From Protoeuglena noctilucae (Eukaryota), in the NCBI GenBank assembly GCA_958009085.1, contig OY253672.1, positions 1,302,001 through 1,366,000 of the forward strand: DNA of 64,000 nt, given 5' to 3'. Position 1 is the stretch's first letter; each line of letters opens with the position of its first letter. The notes under the pieces were generated by a model. That model was not told where the DNA came from, searched no databases, and was given only the letters and a program-made list of their open reading frames with translations. Shown in pieces: positions 37,616 to 50,623 of the stretch. Made by a program: the position numbers and the translations under genes.

Positions 37616-40600
37616 ATGCGCTTCCGAGCACCGTTTTCTCAGCCTCCTCTCACTGCGCTCACCCTCCCGCTGGTCCTCACCCCGCGCAGTTCAGTCCCGG
37701 GGCTGACGAGGGCGGGCAGGCCGTCTCGGGGCTCCTCCGGGGCCCCTTCGCGTCCACGACGGCTGCGGCGGGGCGTGACTCGGAGAAGAAAAAGGGGAAA
37801 TCAAACAGAGACAAGAACGGAGCGGTGAGCGGCCGCGTGGGGGGCAGGGGGCTGCCTTGAGCGTCCCAGGGGCTGCCGCGGAAGTCTTGCTTCGCTTGCC
37901 ACCTGCAGGACTCTGCGCAGGCCGCGGCGGCCGGCGATTCGCAGGGTTCGACCAAGAAGTTGAAGAAGCCCAAGCGCAGCAAGCCGAAGACGGTCGCCGA
38001 GGTGCGGCGTCGCCCTGCCTCGCGCCTGCGATGCCTCTGGCGCCGCCGCCCCGCGCCCACAGCTGCCGCCGGTTCTCCTCGCAGATCCGTTCTGAGCATG
38101 CGAAGGGCGAGGATAAGGGCGCGACGGAGGGCTCGGCGGACACGGAGCCTCTGCTCGCCAAGCTGCGCCGCCCCTTCCGCCGCTTGGTGGACGCGGTCAA
38201 CTTCGGGGAGACGCTTCCCGTGATTGGGAACAACCGCATCTCGTATGCCCGTCTGCTGCAACTGCTGAACGACAAGGAGGTCAAGCGCCTGGTGCTGATG
38301 GCGGACGGGCGGTACGCGATGGTGGAGGTGCCGTGCGAGGGGTGGAACGCGGAGATGACGGACCCCGACGCCATCCGATTCAGCCGGGGATCGACGCCAC
38401 ACTTCGTCGAGTACAATACGCGCGAGACGCCCGAGTGGCGCATGGAGAAGCTCCGTTTCTACTGTGAGATACCGGGGGACGCGTACGAGGACGGCCTCTT
38501 CATGAAGCTGATCAAGGGCAACATGGCCGAGCACCGCCTCGAGAACGACCGCGTGCCGTACATGAACCGTCTCCAGGCGGACCAGGTCACGCTGGAGCTG
38601 CAGGTGGTGGACCCCGGGAGCAACTTCGTGTGGGGCGCCGAGTACGCACCTCAGATCCTGCCCATCCTGGGTCTCATTGCGCTGCGGGGCGTGGTGCAGG
38701 CGGCCGACTGGACGCTCGAGAAGGTCGGGTGGCTCAAGCGCAAGGACAAGCGGGAGGAGGTGGCGGAGCAGGTGGGCCGGCACACCGCGCAAGAGTTTAA
38801 CGTGGAAGCGGGGCGGGGGCCGCTGGGGCGGGGCAAGTCGAAGAAGAAGTCGGTCGGGGTGACGTTCCGGGACGTGGCAGGGATCGAACCGGTGAAGGGG
38901 GAGCTGGAGGAGATCCTGGCGATGGTGATGGGGTCCGAGAAGTATCAGACGATGGGGGTGCGTGCCCCCCGGGGCATCCTGCTGGAGGGTCCGCCCGGGA
39001 CGGGCAAGACGCTGTTGGCCAAGGCGATGGCCGGCGAGAAGGGCATTCCCTTCTATGCTGCGAACGGCGCGGAGTTCGTGGAGATGTTCCAAGGGGTGGC
39101 GGCCGCCCGCATCCGCTCGCTCTTCGCCAGCGCGCGCAAGAACGCCCAGCGGGGGGCCATCATCTTCATCGACGAGATCGACGCGATCGGCAAGGCTCGC
39201 AGCAACCGGATCATGGACCCAGGTGGGGTCAAGTTGTGTGGGGGGCTTGGATGGCATGATCTTCTGTGCGCATTTGGTACGCTGAGCCCCCCGTTTGCCC
39301 CACCGGACGCCCTGCACACGGGTGCACCAAGCGCTTTCGCTAGATGCCCTTGTTAGACACCCTTGCTAGGCACTTCCGCCAGACACCCTCGCCCGTGCCC
39401 GTCCTCCCTCACAGGCAGCCAGGAGCGCGAGCAGGGCCTCCTGCAGCTCCTGGTGGAGATGGACGGCTTCAACCAGAACGACCGCATTCTGGTCGTGGCG
39501 GCCACGAACCGCATCGACGTTTTGGATGATGCGCTGTTGCGTCCCGGGCGCTTTGACCGACTCATCTACATGGGCCTGCCCGCGGCGCCCCAGCGGGAGG
39601 ACATCCTGCGCGTGCATGCCCGGGGCAAGAACGTGGGCGAGCCGGGCCGCGCAGAGGGCGAGGGGTCGCAGGCGCACCTGCTGAAGCGGATGTCGCAGCT
39701 CACGCCGGGCTTCTCGGGGGCAGAGTTGGCCAACCTGATGAACGAGGCGGCCATCGTCAGCGTCCGCAAGCGCAGGGATTTCATCGACTACTCGGCCCTC
39801 ATGGCAGCGCTCGAGAAGATCCGGCTGGGCCTCCCGGGCAGGAAGCTCGTCAACTCGCCTGCCAAGAGGCGCCTCGGTGAGTGGCGACAGTCAAGGAGCT
39901 TGATAGTGGAGGTGGTGGATGCATGGGCCTAGTGCGCTTGGTCTTTTCGATGTTATACGCACCGGGCTTCCTCCCCCGCAGCCACGATGCTGGCCGCGCG
40001 CGCCGTGGCCTTTGCGGTCAACCCCTGCACGCCGCCCGTGGAGCAGATCTCAATGCTGCCGCGCGGCCAGGCCATCGCCCGCATCACATACATGCCTCTG
40101 GATGAGGGCCTGACGGGCGGCCAGTGGCATTTGCTGGCTTACGCAGAGACCCGGGAGTTCAGTCCCGCCATGAGGGAGGCCGCCGCCGTCAAGGCCATGC
40201 CGCCCTTCGGGACCTTCGGCTTCCTCTGCAAGCTCCTCTTGCCCATGGTGAGATGCCTCATGTGGAGGTCTAGCTGTGGCTCCGTCGGTTGGGTTAGAGG
40301 GTTGCCACGTGCGCTTGCATCGGGAGTGTGTTCCTGCCCTCACTTGCCCGGCCGTGCTTGCCTGCCCAGGCATCGCCACCCACGCCCACCCGACCACCCC
40401 ACCCCCCTTTCACCCAGATGGCCGGCCGCGCGTGCGAGGAGGAGTTCTATGGCCCCGACGCAGCCACCCTCAGCACCAGCAACGACCTGGCGATGGCCCT
40501 GCGCCTGTGCCACTACCTGGTCGCCGACTCCCTGACGGACCCCGGCACCATCGACACGCCAGTCGCGTGGAATCTTGAATACTCGGGCCAGCCGGACCCC

Positions 40601-41481
40601 ACGACGCGGTCGACGGAGGAGATGATGGAGGGGCGCGTGGCGGCGCTGCACCGCGCGGCGTACGAAGAGGCACGGGAGCTCGCGCGGGACCTGAGGTGAG
40701 GGAGGGTGCAAAGAAGGTGTGATGATGTGGCGATGCTGGGCTAGTGGGGTTAGGGGTGTGACGATGTAACGACGCTTTGGGGTGTAGAGCGTGTGAGGAG
40801 AGCACCGTCATGGAAGGGTGATCCTGGCAGGACTTGCGACTGTGTCACACTGAGCACCGCCAAGCGCGCCTCTACCCCTACGCTCTTCCCCCAGGCCCGC
40901 GATCGAGGCGGTGGCGGCGGAGTTGCTGGCGTCGGAAACCGAGACGGTGCAGGGGTCGCGGATGGTGGAAATTATCCTCGACAAGTGCGGGCCCGTCATC
41001 GCGCGGCTGCGGGAGGCCAGCGCAGGGGGTGGCAACACGGTCCTGGACCGTGCGTCGGATCGCTACCGACGCGTGGCAGGCGCGATGATGGGGCTCTGGG
41101 GCGAGGCGGTGCCGGGGTGGCGGGTGAGGCGCCGCGGGTCGCGACTGCGCAGTCGCGGTACCACTCCACGCCCGCCTTTTAGAGACAGAGACTTGTTCAA
41201 GTCTTAGTTTTACTGACAACCCCTCCACCTCCCCGCCTCCCCCGCAGGACTTCCCGTCTCGCTCGGGTGGGGAGTCGATCATCGACTTCCTGGAGCTGCA
41301 GGGGACCCAGCAGGAGGCCGAGCAGCGCCTGGCGTCCGTCAAGCGATTCGCCATGGACCCCGAGGGTCCATTCCCGCTGGCGCCCCGGCAGCCGGCGCTC
41401 GGCGACCGTGCCGACCGCGCCACGCTGGCAGAGCTCGCCGAGCGCATGCGCCCCGCCGAGTTCGTCTCGATGGGGAACTGA
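37616..41481 (+). CDS. FtsHi: Proteolytically inactive FtsH-like AAA protein (FtsHi), plastid envelope
   Basis: TFRDVAG, Walker A GPPGTGKT, Walker [11 protein letters not shown] and [20 protein letters not shown] are present. Where HExxH is expected the sequence reads [14 protein letters not shown]. One TM helix and a transit-like N-terminus. Confidence 0.88.
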
Positions 41482-41742
41482 CATGGAAAGACGAAGATGC
41501 TCGGGCGATGATTTGTTTGCGTGAGGGGCGGCAATCATGTGCTTGCGTGCTTGCTCGTGCCTTGGAACGAACCTCTCTTGCTGACCGAGTAACGCGCGTT
41601 TAATCACGATTGGCCACATTTCGAGGCCAGACATCAAGGCTAAAGGAACCCTAAGGAACACCAGCAAGCTGCTGACAGGTAAGCATGACGACTCACGCAA
41701 AGGGCCATGCTGTGTCAACTACCCGAGCCCCAGTCTCTCCAT

Positions 41743-44700
41743 TCACCAGGGACGCGTGCTGCGGGCCGCCTCGGCTGCCCGAAAGCGGTACCTGGTCCCT
41801 TGGAACGCCGCTGTGGGAGTTGCTGAGAGCCGTCCCTGCGCAGCACCCAATGTCGGGTCCGTCGGGGGCGGCCCTGTAGCAGGTGTCGCTGCCACAGCAG
41901 CAGCCGGGGCAGCCTGCGGTGCCGATGGCGCCACGGGGACGGCACCGGCAGCCGCGTTGGTTGAGGGGCCGACGGCCACAGCTGGTGCGGCAGGTGCGGG
42001 TGCGGGCTGTGCCGGGGCGGGCGCGGGGGCTTGCACGAACACCGGCCCGACGGCGCCCTGCGCTCCCGGCCCCGATGGGTACACCTGCACGTACGCAGGC
42101 ATCCCCGCCTGCCCCACGCCCCCCACAGCACCCGGCATGGCCAAGAACACGGGGTATGCCCCCGCCGGCGCTCCGCCCGCTGCAGCCGCCGCCGGGGCAG
42201 CGGTCGGCCCCGCCTGACCAGCGACGCCACCCCCCACCGTGACTGCCGGTGCCGGTGCCGAGGGCCCGGGGGCTGCCTGGGTCGCCACCACGCCTGCTGA
42301 CCCCACAGCCAGTGGCGCCGCTCCCGGGAACGCGCCCGGGTGCCTCACCGCCTGCCCCTGCACCCGCGCCTGCGCCTGCCCCGCACCCACCCCCGGGTCC
42401 CGTGCCACCGTCGGTGCCACTCGCGGCACGCCCATGTTAAGCACCGCCGCAACCCCTTGCCCCTCCAGGCCCCTCCCACGCCGCGCCTCAGCCACGTCGC
42501 CCCTGCGCTCGTCTCTGTACCCCCCAGCGTCCGCATAGCGGAATTCTGGCGCGGGGAAGTCCCCCCACGCACCCCCGGCGTCCCCGTGCCCCCCGTCCCT
42601 CGCCCAGGCCGCCATACGCATACGCTGCTCCTCGCCCGGCCCCTCCCACGCCTCCAGCACGTCGGGGACGTCGCGGCGCCCCGGACTGCGCCTCGCGCGC
42701 CCCGGGCTGGGGCCTCTGGCTGGGGAGCCCCTGCCGATGGGTCGCCTGGGGCTGCCCCGATGGGCTGGGCCATACCCGCCATCCCCTTCCCACCCGTCTC
42801 TGTCGCGGGGCCAGGGGTGCAGCCGCCCGCGGTCGTCCCGGTACGCGCGCCCATGCCCGTCTTCGTACCCATACCCGTACTCCGCGCCATCGTCAATGAA
42901 CCGAACATCGTAGTCGTCACGGCCGTACCCCGGGCCCCACCCCTCGTACGTCACCCCAGAGTCGTTGTCAAAGAACTCCCTATAGTCCCCTCGGTCACGG
43001 CCAGGCGACCCACGCCCACGCGCATTGCCGCGGCCGTCTGGCGCCCACCCCCGCCACTGCCGGGCTCGGTATTCGGCCTCCCAGTCCGCCCACTCCCGCG
43101 GGTCCCGCCACGCGTCGCGGCGCTCCAGGGCCGGGTCGCGGGGGCCACGGCGGTCGCCCATCCACCGCCGCTGACGCCGAGCAACGTCGGCGTCCGCGTG
43201 ACCGTCGTACCGATCCATCCGCCCCCTGCGGCGGCGCTCGGCCTCCCGCCCCGCGTCGCCCCGGTGGCCCGGCGACGCGTCCCTCCCCGCGCGCCGCCGG
43301 TGGGCCCCCGGGTCCGCCCGGGGTGCCCCGTGAGCGATGCGGTCCCCGCGCTCCCAGTCCCCAGGCCCTCCCATCCCCAGCACGTCCGCCACTCCCCCGC
43401 CGCGCCGCTCCGCCTCGGCACGCTCCAGGTCCAGCCGCATGCGCGCCACGCGCTCCGCCAGCCGCTCGTCGTCCCCGTCAAAGTCATCGACTCCCCGGCG
43501 GGGGCTCAGGCGCCGCGGCTGGTCACCCCAGGCGGCAGGGGCCGCATCCGCGCCTGCACCCACACCTCCAGCCGCACCCGCAGCGCCGCCCCGCCCCCTC
43601 GGCCGCTCCGCGTCCCCGTCGCCTTCCTTGCGCCCCCCGCGGTTCGCGTAGTGCTCGTAGCGCCTTGCCCGGTCCCTGGCCAGGTCTTCTAAGGTGATGG
43701 GGCCCGCGGGAGCCTCCCTGTCGCCGAGGGCGTAGGGCGCCTGGGGCTTGGGGCGGTCCTTGAAGGGCCGGGGCTCGAGGACGGTCCACTGCAACACGGA
43801 CCGGTCCCTTCCGCCTACGCTGACAACGCGGGACTCATCGGCGGCCCACCGCACGTTCATCACGTGAGAGGAGTGACCGCCGTAGGACACGCCGGGCGCG
43901 TGCTTGATCACGCTGGGGTAGCACTGCGTCAAGGTGGGGATGTGGGGGTGGTTGTGTGGGGGTGGGTGGGGATGTAAAGTGGTGCGGGGGTGTGGGTGGG
44001 TTGAGTTGGTGTGTGCTTGTGTGCTTGTGTGTAGCTAACGGGATGAGTGCGGTCAGTGTGACTCTCCGCCGAGGCTTGGCATCGATGGCAGCTGGCCTGC
44101 TACAGTCCCGACCCGGGCGCACCCACCCACCCACTCGCCGCCCCCACCCCCCACCTTGACGGTGACCTTCCCGAAGTCGTCAGCCGTGACCACGTACTCC
44201 TGGCTGGGGGATCTGTCGACTGCGTTGATGTCGGTGCCGTCAGAGTAAGGCTGCCACACGCCCATGACGGGGAAGCCCAGCACGCCCGTGTATGTGGCCC
44301 ACTGGGAGAGTGGGCGCGGTTGGCAGGGGTCACTGTCACTGGTCATTGTCACTGGGGGGTCGGGTGAGCCGAGGTGCAGGGTGTAAATGGGACTGGCAGG
44401 CATGGGTGGGTGAGCGCAGGTGCAGGAAAGCGATGGGAGACCCAGCGACATTGCATCTCTCGCCTTGGTGTCCCTCTGGTTGTCCTTGACCTGCTTCCCC
44501 GTGGCTGCGTCGAAGTATACCAGCTCATACGCCTGACTGTTGGCCATGATGACGCGACCATCCACCGACCAGTCCAAATGCGTGATAGTACTTGAGAGGC
44601 CCTCACACCTCGCTGTGTGGCAAGGAGCACCGCTGGGAGTCGCCGACTCCACGCACCGAGCGCCAGCCGCGCGTGCAAGGGACAGCACCCACTCGCTTGC

Positions 44701-47700
44701 ACAAGCCAGAGGCGTACCAGTCATGAAGGGTCAATGTGGCATGTCAACGCGGGGTGCCACAAGCAGTGTCAACTCTCCCAGGCAACTCACCCACGCGCTT
44801 GAACCCGTCTTCCGCCGCGTAGATGTCAATCATCGTGTCGTGGGACCCGGCCGCGAGGAACTTGCCGTCCGGGCTGAACTTGAGCTCGTCAACCGATGAC
44901 CCGAACGTCTTCATCCACCCCACCTGCGTGGCCTTGGGCAGCTGCCGCACGTCCAGGACCTGAATACCGCCATCTTGAAGCCCCACGGCGATCGCGTGAC
45001 CGGAGGGGTGGTACGCCAGGCTCCTTGCACGCCCCCGGACCTCCACCACGCTCGCCAGGCGGCACGTCCGCGCGTTCCAGAACATCACACGGCCGGCCTC
45101 GGATGCCGTGGCGTACCTCTCCGGGTCCTGCGGTCACGCAGTGACGGGGTCTATGCTTGGAGGGTGCTAAGAGTCACGGTTGCTCCATGGATGGTGGGGG
45201 TGGCAGGTGGGGTTGCATGTGCGGGTTGCAGGGGGACATGGCAAGTGAATCTTGCAGGTGGGGCTGGCAGGTGGGGCGCATGACCCGGCCGTGCCCCTGA
45301 CCTTGGGGTGCATGGCAAGGGCATACACGGTGCCCTCGTGGCCCACAATGAGGGGCTCCGGGTCCTTGTCGACCTCCCACACCTCGCACCGACTGCTGCC
45401 GGCCACGAAGGTCTCGCTGCCGGGCAGGCAGTCCAGGGCGCGGATGGCTGGAGGCACCTGGCCCGCAGCCGCCTCCGGCAGAAGCGGGAGCTTCCACAGC
45501 GCGGCGCCCAGGTCCCCCGAACTGCGGGAAGCGATAAGTCAACAAGTTGAACGTCGGCGATACTGCGCTTACGGCACAGGGGCGGCCAGGGCGGCCCTGC
45601 ATGGATCGACATCATCACATGGCTGACAGGGTTGGTGTTGCCAACCCAGTGTCGTTGTCGTTCACAACAACCCAGGGCCGCGCACCTTACGTCCCAGGCC
45701 TTGACGACGCCGTCGGCCCCCCCGGACAGCAGCGTCTTGCGGTCTGCCCTCAGCACCAACGCGCGCACGCCGTGGCGGGCGAGGCGGCCGTCGGGTCTGT
45801 GCACCTCGGGCCCGATGCCATGCGCAGACTGTCGCCCGACGCACTTGGCCTTCTTCCAGGATAGGATGTAGCCGTCCGGGGACCCCGAGAGCACCACGCC
45901 GGAGGGCAGGAAGGCCGCGGAGGTGACGGTCTGGGTGGCCGCGTTTCCGAACGACCCCGCCTCTGGGCTCGAGAGGGTCAGGGGCTGCCCCTCGCCCTTG
46001 TTCCCTCGCAGAAGCGTCCAGAACTTTATGAAGTTGACGCCGTAGGCGAGGATGCGGTCCTCAAAGGGACTCCACACGACACCGTAGGCGGAGGGCGGGG
46101 TTCCGTGCATGGTCTTGGAGGTGGCCAGCTGCTTGCCGGTGCGGATGTCCCACAGGATGAGCGTGTGCTGGTTGTCTGCGCGCAGGGGAGGGCGCGTTGG
46201 GTTGCACGAGGCAGCAATAGGTGTCGTAGTCTAGACACTTGCACGGGCCCACACCACAGTGGCTGCACTTAAGTGGCTGCAGTGGCTCCAGCTGGATCCA
46301 TGCAACAGTAACCGTTACTAACTCCACACGATTCCTTCTCCCTGCGTGTACCCTCACCGCTGTAGACGGCCGCAAGGCGTCGCCCAGACGGCGAGAAGCA
46401 GACCGACAGCACCGACCGCAGGCCCAGCCCGCCATCCAAGGAGGCGACGGTCGCGAGGGTGGCGGGGTCCCACACGATCACGCGGGGGTCGCGCCCGCCT
46501 GTGCCCGTGACCTGCCCGGATGCCACAAGCGTTCGGTCGGGGGAGACGGCCACGCATGAGACGTCGTCGTCATGACCCAGGAAGAAGCGCTGGCGGTGCT
46601 TGACGCGGTCATACACCACCACCACGCCCGCTGCGGGGGGTGAGAGCGGGCGGCGTAAGTGTCTCAGCCGTTACGCAGTGCGATTAGTACCTCGCGCTTC
46701 ACCGTCACCGTCCACCCTTGCTGTGTGTCGCATCGCATGCCACCTCTCGCACATCCCCGCTCCCTCACCCGTGTACTAGACCACCCCACCTCTTGCGCAC
46801 CCCCGCTCCCTCGCCCGTGTGATATCACCTCTTGCACACCGCCACCCCCTCACCCGTGTGATAGACCACCTCGCCCGTGGCGAGGTAGTAGACGTTCCCG
46901 CACGTGTTGGACTTGCCCTCGTATCCGTGCACGAACTCAAGCCGGAGCGAGAGGTCGGGCGGCTTCTCGGAGCGCTCCGCGAGGCGCGGGTCCCAGTCCG
47001 AGGGCGGGTGCACGACCACCTTGCACTGCGGATACTTGATGCCGCCCAGGTGATTGGCGTCCTGCCCGGGGAGTAACGGACCCTCCATCACGTTGTCCTG
47101 CATCGCCAGCCTGCGCGCGGGCCCGCTGAGGAGCGCCTCTGTGAAGACGGTCACGGGCATGCGCCCCTTGGGGTCCTGGCCGTAGCGGTTGAAGAGACCG
47201 TACGCCAGGCGAAGGGGCACGCGGAGGCCCAGGCCGCCCCACGCGGCCACGAACTCCTCAGCGGTGACCTGCGGGGACGGGGCGGTCGCGCAGGCGCAGT
47301 TGCCGACCCACATGGCAATGGCGATGGCACCACGCTCACGCATGCCACACACAGCACGCAGTGTCACGGACCTTGGACTCCTGGGTCACGCTGTGCGCAC
47401 GCAGGGCTTTGGCGAGGGCCGCGTGGAGGACCTGCTGCGGCTTCTGGTGCAGCTTGGTGCGCTGGATGGCGCACCGTCGCATCGCCTCCTCGAGCGCGCT
47501 CAGCTCCGGGCCCAAATCCCGTGTGTCCACCTGGTACGGGGCCTCCCGGACCTCAAGAGGCTTCGCCGGCGCCGGGTCCTTTCCTCCCTTGGCCACACGG
47601 ACCTCCTTCGGGGCTTCGCGGTTAAAGTCGCCCATTGGCTTGCCATGCACACGCGAGTTCCAGTAGGGAGGCCGATATCCCTTGGCCTTGGCGGCATCGT

Positions 47701-47954
47701 ACGCGTTCCTCGCATCCTGAAGACACGGTGGATCGAATGAGATGGTTCCGAGGCGCACAGGCGGGTCCAGCGGTCGCCGAGACCCCCCGCATGCCGTTGT
47801 GGATGTTTGCACCGACCTGCGCGTCGTCCCGCGCCCCTTTCTTCTGCTCCTTGTGCGCCTGCAGGATGTCGAGCGCCTTGTAAGGATCGGGGCGCGCGCG
47901 GTTGGCGGCGCGCTGGGCTGCGTCGCCATAGCTGGCATTCAAAATGCGTTCCAT
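41743..47954 (-). CDS. EML/EMAP-like WD40 (HELP/TAPE) microtubule-associated protein with an EF-hand-like N-terminus and a long disordered C-terminus
   Basis: HELP motif PDLSLRLEFVHGYEG..NVYYL.TGEVVY, then QRFFLGHDDDV, FSPDGKFLAAGSHD, GLSSTITHLDWS, WATYTGVLGFPV.G.W..SDGTDINAVDRS and GHSSHVMNVRW. Confidence 0.88.
46756..46872. repeat. Three imperfect tandem copies (about 40-45 bp) spanning an EML exon/5' splice junction
   Basis: Plus-strand cores ccctcacccgtgtactagaccacc, ccctcgcccgtgtgatatcacctc and ccctcacccgtgtgatagaccacctc. Confidence 0.75.
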
Positions 47955-48425
47955 GGATGTTGGGTGGTGGAAGCGCCCGCCGCGGGGGCCCGGGGCGCGA
48001 TCTCACGCTACCCCCGTGCTGGGTCGTGCGGGGTGAGAGCCGGCTTCTCTTGGCCGGTCGCCGCGCCGGGGCTGTGCCGTGCCAGCGCAACCACGGTGCC
48101 GGCGCCTGGCCAAGTTGCTCAAAGGGCCAGCGGCCATGACTAGGGATTGACTGATGTGATGTCGTCAGCCTGACGAGCATTGGACACGTGGATTGAGGGC
48201 TGGCTCACCCGTAGCGAGTGCGAGCGACAGCTCATGTCCTGGCCGGGCCGGCCAGGGAGCAATCATCTCGCGGACCTTGGATGGCGTAAAGCAGACATCT
48301 CGCTGGCAATCGCGTGCATAGCTTATACGTCACAGAGGGCCCGGAGTACGAAGGCACGGCCTGTGCAGGCGCAGACACAGCTCCGTTCGTCGTCCCGCGA
48401 GACCGACAGCGGCGAGGACATTAAG

Positions 48426-50299
48426 ATGTCGTGGATGGGCGCGACGCTGAGCCGGGCAGGCAGCGTGTTGACGCCCGGGTGAGCTTTTCCTAGGCGACCC
48501 CCAAAGGGAGCGACGTCAATGGCTTACGACAATGCGAGATGTCCGATTCGAGACGCCCCTCGCCCCCTGCAGGGTGGCTGTGGCGCTCGTCGGCTTGACA
48601 CTTGCGTGCGTCGCGGCCCTGGTGCAGCTGAACAGCGCCGCGGTTGAGGACCTCGCGGAGATCGCCCAGGCGACGGCCAAGACGGGAGCCGCGAGCCAAC
48701 CGACAGGTGCGTTGTTGCTAACCATCTCCCGCAGCGCGGCATCGCCGGGATTGCTGGAAACAGCCTGTCCGCAACCCCGGCCCTCGACGCAGTCGTCCGT
48801 GAGCCGGATAAGTCCCTCTCCGTGGTCATTCCGGCCTACAACGAAGAGCAGCGCCTTCCGGCAGCGTTGGACGCAATGATCGAGTACCTGGAGCGGCGCT
48901 CGGACTCCGCGCGCGACCCCGTCGGCCCTTGGTTCAGCTGGGAGGTCCTGGTGGTGGACGACGGGTCGACGGATGGGACATCCGCGCTGGCGATGCGGTA
49001 CGCGAGTCGGCTGGGATACGACCGGGTCCGCGTGATGCGCCTGCCCCGCAACTCGGGCAAGGGGTTTGCCATCAAGAGCGGGGTGCTGGCCGCCAGGGGC
49101 GAGGCGGTGCTGATGGCGGACGCAGACGGAGCCACGGAGGTGAGAAGAGGTCTGCTTTGGTTTGCGCCGATAAGCGCGATGACTGCATCGCGCCAGCAGG
49201 GGCGGGAGAGCACGCGCTGCGATGTGACGTCCTGAGCGGCGGTTGGCATGGCATGGTGGTTGGCGTGGGTTCGAGTCACGGCGTCATTAGCGATACTATT
49301 GCCTTCTCGCAGTTCCGTGACGTGGAGAAGCTGGAGGCGAGGCTGGGGGAGCTGGTGACAGCGCGTGTGGGGCCTTCATCTGCGAGGACATGGGAGGTGC
49401 CTGGTGAGACGAACACGGCTGCAGCATTGCACGAGGCATGCTGGCTTTCATGTATAAACATGCCTGCCATAGCCCCCACTCTGCCCACTACCCCCACCTG
49501 TCCCCACCCTCCCCACCACCCCCACTCTGCCCTTACCTTCCCACCCTCTGCCCCCAGCCGTGGCCATCGGGTCCCGATATCACGTGTCTCCCGACGCCCT
49601 GGCTCAGCGCACGCCGTTCCGAGCTCTAGTGTCTGCCGGCTTTCGCCTCATCGCCAAAATCGCAGTGGGGTCTGCAGTGCGCGACACCCAGTGCGGATTC
49701 AAGCTGTTCACGCGGGCGGCCGCGCGTGAGCTGTTCGGCAACCAGCGGCTGAGGGTGAGATTTGCGAGGTGGAGGGGTGGGTGTTGTTGCATTGCCACGA
49801 ACGTATTACACACATGAGCATGATACCGTGATAGTTTCTCATCCACATTCGCCTTCCCGCATCTCCCACTCGCATCTCCCACGCAGCGGTGGAGCTTCGA
49901 CGTGGAGTTGCTGATGCTGGCGGCAAAGACGGGGGTACCAGTAGCAGAGGTGCCGGTGCGGTGGCGGGAGGTGGCGGGGTCCAAAGTGGGACTCGTCACG
50001 CCACCGCACATGGCCTGGGAGATACTCCTGGCGGTGCTGGGTGAGGCTGGGGGGTGGGTGTACATAGTACGGGTGGGATGCTGTGTGCTACGTGGTTTGG
50101 GAAAGACCTGACGAGCAGACACACGTACCATGTGCCAGTGCAGCTATTACATCAATCAATCACTTCTTTTTCGCTATCTCTGTTCCCAGGTCACCAGTTG
50201 CTTGGGGTGTGGCCGGTGTTGCCCATCGTGCACACCACTGCCCTGCCCACCACCGCGGCCCCTGCCGGGGCCTTCCAGGGTCGCGCCAAGGCCGAATGA
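48426..50299 (+). CDS. ALG5: Dolichyl-phosphate beta-glucosyltransferase (GT2)
   Basis: N-terminal TM, then SLSVVIPAYNEEQRL, EVLVVDDGSTDGT, NSGKGFA, LMADADGAT, AIGSR, VRDTQCGFKLFTR, WSFDVELL and EVPVRWREVAGSK. Confidence 0.93.
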
Positions 50300-50623
50300 G
50301 CTTTGCCAGTGTGCAAGCGATACGCTGGGTGGATGGATGGGATGCTTTGCCGTGATCATTAGCATGTCTTGCCTTATGGCGTCCTGATTGCATCACACGC
50401 ACAATTCATGTTGTCATTCCACGCCGCCTGAGGCACTGTGCTGCGCAGCTCTATGAACATCTAAGCGAGGTTCTATGTTTATGCACTGATGACAGAGACA
50501 CGGCAACAAAGCAACTGCCCTGTAAAGAAACTGAGCATGGTGACCATGCGACCGCATAGGACCCCACAGCTTCACAAACGTTCACAATGAAAGGACCCCA
50601 CAGCTTTACCATTATGACTAGTG

